Assembly (NCBI RefSeq): GCF_009914755.1
Contig: NC_060947.1
Direction: 5' to 3' (one strand)
Length of the DNA: 64,000 nt
Source: the human T2T-CHM13v2.0 reference genome, Homo sapiens
Shown one piece after another: positions 26,595 to 38,526 of the stretch (positions within the stretch are counted from its first letter, which is position 1; each line of letters begins with the position of its first letter). The position numbers and the translations under genes were made by a program. The notes beneath the pieces were generated by a model that made no database searches, was not told the origin of the DNA, and worked only from the letters and a program-made list of their open reading frames with translations.

Positions 26595-26765
26595 GCATAG
26601 ATTTTCTCAAAATGTGGCCCAGTTCTCTAGGGTGCTTGATAGAATGCAGATTCCTGGGCCAAGTACTAGACCTTCAAAATAATATTTGCGATGAGCCTGA
26701 AAATCTGTATCATAACTTATCTACCCCAGGTGATTCTGAAGTAGTATCTGAGAGCCGTATCTCTA
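26595..26765. mobile_element. MER5-like hAT-Charlie MITE
   Basis: ttctcaaaatgtggccc...gaatgcagattcctgggcc...ccccaggtgattctga. Confidence 0.7.
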
Positions 26766-27459
26766 GTACCTCTGCGGCCACTGTGGTGAATTCCATCTTG
26801 GTTCTCAGTGTCTTCACTTCATCCCATCTTCCTTAATCACGCAGAGAAGTCTGTCTCCTCTTTCTGAATGGCTCTCTCTAGTTTGAAGAATCAGTTCTTC
26901 CTTAGATGCAAAGCAGATATGCCTAACAAAAACTGAGCTCAGTGGCCGCCCCAGCCGATCATTTATTTAACCATTTCTATTGTCCAATTTTCGGCAATTC
27001 TCCACTAATTCCAGAACCTAGATGTCTTCAGGGTGTCATCTTCCATAAACTTTCATAATTTGAGCTGTATCATAATACCTTAAATGAACGTTAGTAGTGG
27101 TGTCGGCAACAATTCCACCAATGAAAAAGGAAGTTATGTGTACATTCAAAGTGATGTACACACACAGAAGCTGTTTCCCACATACTCAAAATATTAAACA
27201 TGTGTATTAATTCCAGTGGTATTTATTGTTCATTTTTACATACTAGATGCTATGCTAGGCAAAGGCTAAAAAGTGTTAAGAAATAATTTTCATCTCAATA
27301 GAGTTTAACAATGCCATAGGTGTTAAGACTTTTAATTGAGCAATTCTTATGTGTGGTCTGTATCTTCCCATTCTAGAGCAAGTGGTCAGGGGAACCTCTA
27401 GCTTTTTATTGGTGTTTGGCTGCTCAGCTTCCAACAGAGAAGGGTGAAAATGAAAGAAA

Positions 27460-28100
27460 CCACTTATTAAGCCAATATTTAATGAATACCAGGCACTGTT
27501 CAGGGTCCTGGGGACACAATGGAAACGAAAAGAGGCATGGTTATTGCCCTCTTGGAACTGACAATCTAATGGGAGATACGGGCAATAAATACTTAAATGA
27601 ACAGATGAAATTCATATTGTGAAATGCATAAACTCAGTGAAATGTCATAGTATATTCTAGGGTGGGGTGGGGTAAAGCAAAGATAAAGAGAAGTAGATGG
27701 ATTCAGGATATGTTTTTGAAGTAGAGCTATCTATCCAAGGTTGCTGATAGTTTGGATGTGGTGGCATAAAAGACCAAAAGTAATCAGTGATAACTCCTAG
27801 ATTTCTGATTTATGCAACTGAGTGGATGATGGTGCTCTTTATTGGTATGAGAAAGATGAGGCATATAACATCGGTGGTAGATGTGCTGAGGACCTAAAAG
27901 CTCTAAATTAGATATGTTATAATTGACATGTTCTATGAGAAATGCAAGAGTATATTTTGACATGTGAGCATAAAATTCAGGGAAGGGCCAGGGCTGGAAA
28001 TATAACATTGGTAGTCATCAGCCTAGATGTAGGCTAATTTAAAATTCCTGAGAACAGAATATGGATAGAGAAGAAAGAGAAACCAAAAGCTTAAATTTTG
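27460..28100 (-). mobile_element. L2 fragments
   Basis: aatatttaatgaataccaggcactgttc...tttggatgtgg...gatgatggtgctctttattgg. Confidence 0.75.
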
Positions 28101-28109
28101 TTTTGAAGA

Positions 28110-28900
28110 GACACTCAAACTCACTAGTTAACTAGGAAATATAAATTAAAACAAGAATGAGATCATCCAATGGACAAGAAGACTCAGAAAAGTGAAAAAT
28201 GCCAAATTTTGGTGGGGATGTGGCATCAAGGAGCCCTCATGTACTGTTGTTGGCAAGTGGAGACTGGAGCAGCCATTCTAGTGGGCAACCTGGTAGTACT
28301 CAGCCAAATTAAACACCCACTCCATGACCTCGTAATCCAGTTCCTGGGATTATAGCTCAAAGGAATATTCACATGGGCCAAATGGGGGACATAAGCAAGG
28401 ATGTTCATGGAAATTTTGACAATCAAAAAGTGGTGGTGAGTTGGAGATAATTTGTGCATCTCCAACTGAAGGAGAGGATGGGCAGGATGTGGCGTGAGTA
28501 CTATGCCATGCTCAGTAGTGGACCAAAGGGATCTAACTAGTGCTCAGTAAAAAAAAAGCCTGCCACATATTATGCAATGCCATTTATGTAAGGTAAAATA
28601 TATGCATACAGGTAACTATGTGAAATGATGGATATGCTAATCAACTTGATTGTGGTAATCATTTCACAATGTATACATATACCAAATATGTTATACACTG
28701 TAAATATATATAATTTTTTATTTGGCAATTATACCTCAGTGAAACTGGAGAAAAACATGCACATGAAATGACTCTCTGTTTCATAAGAACAGCTACAAAC
28801 AAAAGGATATACATTGATTATATGAGAATGGTTATCCATGAGGCCAAAGGGAAATGGGATTGGGAGTTGTCGATGAGAGGGAACAGATATATAAATAAAA
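28110..28900 (+). mobile_element. Old L1ME-like 3' fragments with a nested L1M 3' end (~28610-28755)
   Basis: L1 ORF2-end text, then ggtaactatgtgaaatgatggatatgctaatcaacttgattgtggtaatcatttcacaatg...aattatacctcagtgaaactggag. Confidence 0.75.
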
Positions 28901-29579
28901 CAAGAGAAGGGCCTTGTGCTGTCCAATTAAAGGGCCATGATTTGAGAACTAATAAAACCCAATACACTTGAGGTTCAAATCAAAAGGAGAGAGATGAGAA
29001 AAGCAGGTACCAGACTGAAGAGCACCAGCATTTAGAGGTCAGGTGAGTTGAAAACCTGAGTCCACCAGGTAGGCTTTGTGTGCACCATGCCCTCAGACTA
29101 GATGCAAGATGTATTCTCATATTTGTTTCCTGCGTGACCTCAGAGGATTCTCTCTTCTTGTTGTCAGGAATACTCAGAGGTTTCTCTCTTCTTGTCAAGA
29201 ACTTCAATCCTACCCCACCTTGGCAAAGGTTTTGTAAGTTTTAACACTGGAGATATATAACACATAATTCAGAATAACCATTTCTGATTTGTTTCAGGAG
29301 ACACTTTCCTTCAACTATTTAAGAATAAAAGGGGCAACAAAAATATACTGTGCCTCAGTTTTCTCAGATATGAAATGGTGATCATTTGGTTTTCATCAAC
29401 TTGTGCCTGGTCTATATTGTCAGCCTCCTAACTGATTTCCTCACCTGAGAGCTCTCCTCCAGTACTCCCTTTATATTGCCACAATGATATTTATAAAGAT
29501 AAAAATGGGATCGAGTTATTTCCCTCATTAAAAGTGTTGCATGACTCACCAATGTCTTCAGAAAAATATTCCCTGCCAG

Positions 29580-30010
29580 GAGCAAGGCAGCGTGATGTTG
29601 GAAGAAACTCAGGGGTTTTGGGGTTAGATAAACAACTTGAAAATTAACTATCTATATGACCTTAAGCAAGTTACTGCACCTCTGAGTTTAGTTTCTATAC
29701 CTGTAAAATATAGACAATAATTCTCGCCTTACAGGGCAGTGGTTCTCACTATTTAGTATGTATTAGAATCACCTGGAGAGCTTGTTAAAACACAAAGTGC
29801 TGAGACCCACCACCAGAGCTTCTGATTCTTTAGGTCTGGGATGGACTTAAGAATCTGCATTTCTAGCAAGTTCCCAGGTGATGCTGATGTTACTGGGCAC
29901 TTGACTACACTTACAGAACCATTATTACAGGGTATTGTGAGGACAAGAGATTATGCATGTTGAGAGCCTCCCTACTATGCTGTCTGTAAATGAAAGTTGC
30001 TATTGTTTCT
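29580..30010 (+). mobile_element. MIR split by MER5A
   Basis: MIR core (atgaccttaagcaagttact...ctgtaaaat...cttacaggg) resumes after the MER5A as tattgtgaggacaagagattatgcatg. Confidence 0.85.
29737..29924. mobile_element. MER5A (hAT-Charlie MITE)
   Basis: cagtggttctca...agaaccatta; perfect 8-bp hAT-type TSD ttacaggg (29729-29736 / 29925-29932). Confidence 0.95.
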
Positions 30011-30324
30011 TTCATGTCCCTCCAACCACTTGGTCTCCACTTCTCCAGTTTCATTGTCCACCACCAGCCTGCACACATCCTGTGTGCCAACCACAGCAAA
30101 CCACTCACTGTTCCCTGAACCTCCGGTGTAGTTTTGCCCTTGGGGACCTTTGCCTGTGCTTGTCTTTCTTCCAAGAAGGTCCCCGCCCCTCCTCCCACCT
30201 ATACCACCACCGCACTTTGGAAGAACTTCCTCCTCTTCAAGGCCCAGCTCAAATGCCCAGGAAGTTTCTGCACATCTTCTTCAGTTGAAATTAATTGCTC
30301 ATTCCTACAACGCTTCATCCCTCT

Positions 30325-30560
30325 ATTTGTTTATTTATTCATTTTGTAAATATTTATTGAGTATGTGCTAGGCTCCATGTTGGCTGCTGGGAATGAAATG
30401 TTGAACAAAACCAGATATTATCCGTGTTTCAAAGGAACGCAAAGTCTTTGAGGGGAAAAGAATTGTTACTCAAATAAATACAAATGCAAGTAAAATTACA
30501 ATACTGACAAGCAATAAAAGAGGGAAGAACAGGCTGCTTTGAGCACTTTTAACAGAAAAA
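30325..30560 (-). mobile_element. L2 3' end
   Basis: attcattttgtaaatatttattgagtatgtgctaggc. Confidence 0.75.
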
Positions 30561-31318
30561 GATTTATAGAGGATTAAAATTCCCCTTTTTCTATATGAAT
30601 TATTGAACTGTGTAAGGTTAGAATGGAGGAACAATACAAAAATGACTTGGGTTTGCACAGTGCTTTTTATAAGGAACTTATTTTCTGGTCTATTATGGAG
30701 ATAATTTCATTAATTCTCATAATAGCATGATGTGCAATCTCACAGCTAACACATATTGAGCACATACTAAGTTCATGCAAGTATTCTAGCTAGTACCAAG
30801 GGCTGTCAAAACAAATAAGGTGTGGCTCCTACTCTCAAATTGCTAACACCGCAGTGGGAGAGGTTATATTGCACACGAGTCTCAAACCCAAGGCATAGGA
30901 AAAAAGTCTAGGAAAAGGCATCATCATCTAGTTCTCTCCTCCCCCACCAGAAGGCACATAGTGACACTTTCTCCCTTGTGTACCAGTGTTGCCCAGGATC
31001 AAGACCAGTGCCTGGTGTATGATGGACAAGTGCTATCTGTTAGGTGAATGAACACATCCCCACACTCGATGTGCCTGTTCAGGCTTCCATCATAATTGCC
31101 CTACACTGTTACAACCTGACCTTCCTGGCTTTAGCCATGCCACCTGCAAGCCATCCCCCTTACCACAGCAAAAACAACAACAACAAAAACCACCACTGTG
31201 CAACTTGCAACTCTTCTATCTGCTATTTAAAACCTGCCAGTGCTCCCTCTGCTCTTGGGAAAAGTCCATTATGTCTCATGTGGGCTATAAGGCCCTTTGT
31301 GATCTGGGTCTGATGTAT

Positions 31319-31365
31319 ATCTTCTGCCTCAGCTGCTGTCCATCTTCTGCCTCAGCTGCTGTCCA
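31319..31365. repeat. Perfect 23-bp tandem duplication
   Basis: atcttctgcctcagctgctgtcc x2. Confidence 0.95.
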
Positions 31366-33924
31366 GCAGCACTGCCCCCCGCCCACCCCCTACAATGTGG
31401 TCCAGCCAGAGTGTGATGCTTGTGGTTCCTTGAATGTGCCAAACTCTTTCTCCTCTGGAAACTTCATCCCTCACTTCTGTTCCCACTGCCCACCGCTGAT
31501 AAATATAAGCTAAAAGTTAAATTTCCCAACTTTGAGATAACCTGCCAATAACTTCCTTATATCCTTTCTTATATCCTCAACTTTCTATCTGAGGCTGGGA
31601 GGATGAAGTTAATTATTAATGATGATTAACAATTGGGCTAGAATTCCGGTGGTTTTACAGAACAATTGTAGCTCCTGACCTAACAACCCTATTCTCAAAT
31701 TAATTTTGGAGAAATATGTGATCGTTTAATGAGTGAACACAACAGCTTCCATAGGAGATCAGGTAAAGTAATAGTGGCCTGCCCTTAAAAAACAAGCTCC
31801 CCTATTTTGTTAATCAATGAGGGACTAAGAGTGTTGTTGCTTGTGGCTCTGCTAGGAACAGACCATATCTGCACATTTTAGTTTTCCTGATTTACAAACT
31901 GAAAATCAATGTGTCCTTATTAACAGTGCTTTAGACCTTGGATGGGTCTGCCCCATAGATCCAAAGCATAGTGTAAAGAATGGCAAACTGAAGGCCATAG
32001 CCCAGTCACATGGCTGCTCCTCAAAGGAAGGCTCCAGTCTCTTAGGAAAGTCTGCATCCTCTTCCTGACATGTTGTTGACTGTTAACACCTGGCCTTTCA
32101 GTGCCATTAGAATAAACGTCATTAAAATATTGTGGCACTTCTGCTTTTAGTAGAACTAGAAAGCCGTGAAGCATGCAAACAGAGCGTGAAAATGAGAGAC
32201 ACCAAGGATGGTTATGAAACTTTTTCAGACCTAAGAAAAGTTTTACTTCAGTCTGCATTTTGGTTTTGGTGGGAGTCCACATGATTTCCTTCACTTAAAG
32301 CAGTCGATCCATGTCTGTTTTCTAACTAGCCTCTTCTTGGTTACATGGTTAACTGGCCTCCACAGAGCCAATTTGGGCAATTCTGACAAGGTCAGGCAGT
32401 GGAAATGTCCAGGCATAGATAGACCTCTGGTGCCCGTTGCCCATTCAAAAAAGTCAAAATGTGAAGCCTGACTTATAGACTTCTGAGCAAATGTTCAGTG
32501 AGCTGAAACACCCTGGGAGACCATGACTATATCCTATGAGGATCCTCAGGGACAAATCAGTTTGTCCTATAATATAGTTGTATGCCTATCTTCTCCATAA
32601 GCGTGTCAGTCTCTGTAAGGTGAGAATTCTGATCAATCTTTTCTCTGTCTTTCAAAATCCCTTTATTCCCTCCCCCATCCTTCTCCTGAACACGTGTACA
32701 GCTTCTGGCACAGTGCCTTACGGGACTTCAGGAAATTTCTTGAATCAAAAAATATCTTATATTCATGTTTGTGAGACTCAGCTATGCTGGCCTCTCACCA
32801 CAGTTCAATCCATGTGAGGTATAAAGTAGAATACCCTAAACAGTTCTCTGGAACCTCACCCTTCTGGGGGTTTAATACTGAATTTCCGGAAGACTTCCCA
32901 AAGCACGGGCTCTGAATCCAATGGAGTAGGGAGGTTTATAAATAGCAAATTTATGCCTTTTTCTGCTAGAAGTTGCTTTTCATTTAATTAGTGAAAAAAA
33001 TCAGTGTTACTATTTTTCTTACTTTCTTTTAATGATAAAAAATATAGCCATCATGTTATCCTTTTATAAGTATATTGCTGATTACATATCCTGATTCTTA
33101 ATTTTTCTACTCTCTGTCATACCTGAACCCTATTTATGAAGTTAATTCATCTGAAAAAGAAATCACCCCTGCCATTTCTCAGTTCCTGCTTGTCTCACAG
33201 GTGACACATGAGTTCCTGGATACATTCAGGCAAGACCTGAAAGTATAAAATGTTCCAGGGCTGTAAATAATGTTAGGAAACCATTCTGCCACAGCCCATG
33301 GGGACAAGTAAAAGAAACCCTGGACACTGCCATTCTGGTAAGCTGCTGTCAGTTGAAATGTACACAACATTTTGTTCTCTCTGTTTCTAAGAAAGGAGTT
33401 ATAAATATGAAAGGGCAAACCAAAACATTCGGACGCTTAGATAACTCTATCTCTGATGAGAATCCATGCTATCTAAAAGTAGGCTGGGAACTGGGTTAAA
33501 TGAAGAGGTCCTAGAGATTCCCATTCAAGAACCCTGGAAGGACAACATGAGTAATTTTCATCTTAATTATTTATTGTTGCTCTGGATACCAAAGGCTGTT
33601 AGTAAAAACTAACACAGCAAATTTCTAAATAATAAAGTTGAGAAATTGTTGGCTTGGGTCTGAGCCGATGGTTCCTATTCTGACTGGGTCCCTTTCAAGT
33701 GAAAATCATTTGTCATATTTCAGCCTTCCATTTTCTCTAGCCAAATGTCTTGGAGTGATCCTTGAAGCCTTTCACACTCCACATCCAAACCATTAGGAAA
33801 TCTTATGGGCTTTACCCTCCAAGTTATGTGTAGAATCTGACCATTTCTAACCAACTCCACTGCTAACTACCCCAATTTAAACCACAATCTACTCTCACCT
33901 GGATGATAAATAGCCTCTTTCTTT

Positions 33925-34545
33925 GATCTGTGGGTTTACACATTTTATCACAATTGAAAATTAATTGGCTATTAATTTATCAAATAGTTTTTCTTCCCTC
34001 TCTTTCTTCTTTTTTGGGGGCTTCAGTTACGTATGTATTAGGGCACTTGAAGTTGTCCCACAGCTCACTGACACTGCTTATTTTATTTGTTTATTTTTAA
34101 TTCCTTTGTCTCTGGGTTTCATTTTGGACACTTCCTATTTATATATCTAACAAATTTATTAATTTTTTCTCATGCAATGCCTAATCTGCTGTTAATCCAA
34201 AATCCAGGTTACATTTTATTTTAGTCATCATCATTTTCATCTATTGAATTTCAATTTGAATCTTTTTGCATTTTCCATCTTTACTATGTTCAGTCTTTCC
34301 TCTGGCTTCTTGAGCATATGGAATATATTTTTAATATTTTTACCTACTAGTTCTATCATCTGTGTTAATTCTGGGTCAGTTTCAATTGATTGAAGTTTCT
34401 CTTTATTATAGGTGGTATTTTTCTTCTTCTTTGGATGTCTGATAATTTTTGATGGGATGCCAGACTTTTTTTTTTTTTTTTAGCTTGTAGGATATTGTAT
34501 ATTTTTATTTTCCTGTGGATATTCTTGAGCTTTATACTGAGACAT
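33925..34545 (-). mobile_element. Old L1 5'/ORF1-region fragment
   Basis: T-rich antisense L1 text (tctatcatctgtgttaattctgggtcagtttcaattgattg). Confidence 0.75.
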
Positions 34546-34785
34546 AATTGCATTCCAACTTTTTGGGGGACTGAATTTGTGGTCACTAACCTTCATGGTA
34601 CCCATAACCTTGCTACTAGACAACTTGTGTTACTGTGGAGTTTGGTACTTAGAAACAACTATCTACAAACTACTCCATGAGGTCTCCCTTGATGTTCATA
34701 TATAGTGCTTGTTTGTCACTTTTCACATCTTGAGTTGGGAAGCTTTATACTGCTATTGACACTAAGCCTTCCCTAAGACTCACAA

Positions 34786-34989
34786 CAGTAAGTCCTCACT
34801 TAACATCATTGATCAGTTGTTGGAAACTAACTTTAAGTGAAATGACACACAGCAGATTTTCAAGTAACATAATTTCCTTCAACACCGTTTTCTGATAATG
34901 TTGATTTTAAAAATTTGTTTTGTTATACATCATTTCACTTGAAGTCAATTTCCAAGAACCTATTGAAAATGTTAAGTGAGAACTTGCTA
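34786..34989. mobile_element. TcMar-Tigger MITE (MER6-like) with long terminal inverted repeats
   Basis: Left cagtaagtcctcacttaacat...ttggaaact...tttaagtgaaatga pairs with right tcatttcacttgaagtc...tttccaagaacc...atgttaagtgagaacttgct. Confidence 0.85.
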
Positions 34990-36009
34990 GACTTTACTCG
35001 TGTCCTTTCCATCTTTGTTTCTCCCCCACCTTGTTATACCCATTCCCACCCCAGGCCCACTGTCCTTAAAATTGTTTGGGGCCCTGGCCTGTGATTGTTA
35101 ATGAGCGTGGCTAAGGGCCTTCTAGATTTACACTCGGTGATACTGTACATGTAGGCATCTGATAGCCCCCTAATGGCCCAATGACATCAGGAGTATCCTT
35201 TTCAATTAGAAAATTTAAGGCATCATTAAACAAACAAAAAACTTGACGTAGACATGTTAATACAAAGAACATGATTATAAGCAGGATTTTCCAAATTTCT
35301 AGTGAAAATCTATTTTGCTTGCTTCTGATGCATCTATAATATAGCATAATCAGTACTTTTAGTATGAATTACAACTTAAATACATGTCATTTTCAAGTAG
35401 ATGCAGACCATGTTTGTTAGGGGAGGAATAAATGATGACAAATGGAATTGGACCATAGCATTTCCTGAATCCAGACTATTGAAATCTGCTCTAAAGTGTT
35501 AAGAATTAGGTGGTACAAATGTATTCCCTCTTGAAAAGCTTTTGTTGTATAATTTCTATGTGGGGAAAAAAAGAAGGATAGATGACAGCTAATATATTTT
35601 TGCAAATGAAAACAGCATCTAGAGTCTGCCTGAGGAGAAATTGTCTATGAAGATCATATTTCTGAATAAAAACAGGATTTCCTTTGTGGTTTAATTCAAT
35701 GAGCAATTATGGTAAAACATCATTAACTCAGATATACTCATTTTCAATATGTGATCTTTTGGACACGGTGGACAGAAGGTTATTTTGTCTAGAAAATTTC
35801 TTCTTCATTTTTTTAAAAGATAATTCTTATCACTGCAATTTGTTTGGCCATTATCCATAACTTTGTCTTATTAGGTCCCCGTCCTTCTTTGTCCTTTTAT
35901 ACTTGTCACCATCCCAGCTACCCACAGTTCCATGCAGTTCATTTGTGGCTCATGTTCTGATCCTGATCTCACAAAGCAGAAATCCCATGAATTAACTGGG
36001 TAATGATCC

Positions 36010-36390
36010 TTTACCTGTGCATAGCACTTCTCACTTTATAAAAAATTTTATTTTTGTATTTCACTTAATCTTCATAAAAGGCTATTTTTCTCCCATTTTA
36101 CAGATATGAATATTGAGGTTCAGTGTAGCAGTCATTAATACTGTTCACCACATGTTTCTACTTCTCCTCCTCCTATACAGATGCTAAGATGGCATTTCCT
36201 GGCTTCTTTATGGTTTTGTGGAGCCAGATGACTGAAAACAATGAGTGGTTAGTGGCAGTAACATGTACCACTTCTGGGAAGAGCAATTAATTGTCAATAT
36301 CATACCCTCCAGAGTTCTCTTTTCTATTTGCCACGGGGACTGCCAATGTTTGCTATAGTAGCTGCTAAGTGACTACAACGGGCATGGAAC
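36010..36390. mobile_element. MIR fragment (-, to ~36123) followed by an MLT1H/I-like LTR fragment (+)
   Basis: cccattttacagatatgaatattgaggttcag, then tgtagcagtcattaatactgttcacc...gtaacatgtaccacttctggg. Confidence 0.65.
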
Positions 36391-36994
36391 GTGAGCTATG
36401 CTGGTATTTCCAAAAATGTCTTTGAGCTAAAAGAGTTAATTTTCTGTGCCACTGTTTGTCCAAGTCACTAAATACTAAGGTGCACTGCGAATCTGCAGGA
36501 ACAAATAGTATGCAAAATTTTCCAAAATTATTTTACCAGAAAAAAAGCTATCTTTTCTTGTATAAGAACTTGCAGCATTAGCATTCTGCAGAATACACTT
36601 TGGGAAGACTTGTACTAGGCCCTCCTTCTGCTTTTGTTCATGCATGTTCCTTCATCTTCCTCAGGTTAAAGGCCTTGGTTAGAGATGTGGTTAGGGAAGT
36701 TTGGTGGAGGTCTAGAGGGAAATTAGAATTAGATTGAAGATCACTTACCAGCAAGATCAGCATGAGCTAGGCAGAGGGTGGTGGCCACTGAGAGTATCTA
36801 AAGAAGCAAGCGCAAGGCCAGCTGTGGGTCCAAGCCCAGTGTGAATAGTGAAGAGGAAAAAAAGGGCAGTTGCCTAGAGAAGGGGACAGTCAAATGAGCC
36901 TCCAAAGGACATGGATGGTGGAAGAATCCATAGATGAGACAGACTGCTGACCAGGAAGTGAGCATGGGAAAGGCAGTGATACAGCCTTACTAAC

Positions 36995-37230
36995 AGCTAC
37001 TATAACAATTATTAAATCTTACAGAGAACTCACTAAGTGCTAGGTACTTTGGTTAGCACTGTTTACATTTTTCTCACTTAATCCTGCAGGCATTATTAGT
37101 ATCCCCACTTCATAGGTGAGGCACTTACATAGTGTTACACAAACATTAAGAAAGCAAGTTGGGATTTGCATCCATATCAGCTCAATTTCAAACACCATGT
37201 TTTTAGCCACTATTCTCTACTGCCTCTCTA
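36995..37230 (-). mobile_element. MIR
   Basis: cactaagtgctaggtactttg...ttagtatccccactttcataggtgagg...gggatttgcatcc. Confidence 0.8.
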
Positions 37231-37268
37231 TAGCTTATGAAGCCCAGCTCTTAAGAAATACTTTCTGC

Positions 37269-38526
37269 AAGTAGCTGCAACACTAGAAAGATGGCAGAGC
37301 AAGAGCAAAGAAAAATCCCTTTGGTTCCAGAAAATCTCCTGAAAAAGAGGAAGGTTTATCAAGCCCTCAAAGCCACCCAGGCAAAGCAGGCACTTTTGGC
37401 AAAGAAGGAGCAGAGGAAAGGAAAAGGGCTCAGGTTTAAGCAACTGGAGTCATTCCTACATGATTGTCAAGTCACAGAAATGTGACAAGGTGCATCTCAG
37501 ACAACTAGAAGTGAAACCTCATGACTTGGAATTGCCAGATAAACATTCCTTGGCCTTTGCTGTATGCATCGAAAGGATTGATGGCGTGAGTTTACTGGTG
37601 CAGACCATTGCAAGACTTCGCCTAAAGAAAATTTTTAGTGGTGTCTTTGTAAAAGTCACCCCCCAGAACCTAAAAATGCTGCGTATAGTGGAACGTTGTG
37701 TGACCTGGGGATTTCCAAATCTGAAGTCTGTCTGGGAACTCATTTTGAAACGTGGACAATCCAAGGTCAAGAATAAGACCATCCCTCTGACAGACAACAC
37801 AGTGATTGAGGAGCACCTGGGGAAGGTTGGCGTCATTTTCTTGAAAGACCTCATTTATGAAATTGCCTTCCCAGGGAAGCATTTCCAGGAGATCTTATGG
37901 TTCTTGTGCCCTTTCCACCTCTCAGTGGCCCATCATGCTACCAAAAATAGAGTGGGCTTCCTCAAGGAGATGGGCACACCTGGCTATCAGGGTGAATGCA
38001 TCAATCAGCTCATCTGCCAGCTGAACTAGACCCAGGTGCCAAACTGCAGTAAATTTTTATCAATGAAGTGGAAGCATGTGTTTTTGTTTTCTGGGAATTT
38101 TTATCAAGTATCTTCAGAGAAGATTATTTCCTGCTTTGTCTTCAAAAACTGGAAAGGAAGGGTCAAAGAAAAGACAGTAGCTTATGTTCATGGCAAGCAC
38201 CTCTCATCACAGCCCAGTTCCAAGGAAAAATTCCCAGTGTTTTCTATATTGTGGCTGCCGCCTCATCTGAAATCAGCACATTCCATGGGGGAAGGAGTCC
38301 TGCTTTGTTGCATCTGCTATCCCAGGTTTAATGTTGGTAAATGAGTAGCTCTAGCATTTGTATAAGGCTTCCTAAGACTCCTGCAGCAGTCGACCAAGCC
38401 CAGGGACATAATTGAATCTGGAGATTCCTGGGGCCTCGTTTTGAAAAAGACTTGAAATACACATAGGAAGTAAGGCACGAAAACAAATATTTACTTGTCT
38501 CTAAAAAAAAGAAAGAAGAAAGAAAG
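37269..38526 (+). pseudogene. RPL7L1P: Processed pseudogene of ribosomal protein L7-like 1 (RPL7L1); pseudogene number not determinable
   Basis: ORFs 37291-37485 ([21 protein letters not shown]...) and 37460-38029 (...GFPNLKSV...[12 protein letters not shown]...INQLICQLN) together cover RPL7L1 with no introns. +1 frameshift at ~37465-37474, ~470-nt 3' UTR, A-rich tail from 38503, and a 15-bp TSD agaaatactttctgc (37254-37268 / 38527-38541) at a tt/aagaa L1 endonuclease site. About ten R>C/H/Q/W changes versus the recalled parent indicate CpG decay. Confidence 0.97.

Noticed and set aside
35065-35350. Possible ancient DNA-transposon fragment
   Set aside because: Could not assign termini, TSD or family from sequence alone.
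37519-37882. Antisense ORFs over the pseudogene
   Set aside because: Shadow ORFs of a former coding strand; no independent evidence.
37291-38029. Functional RPL7L1 gene or programmed frameshift
   Set aside because: Intronless, TSD plus A-tail, CpG-decay substitutions, no promoter or CpG island, and no slippery sequence at the shift.
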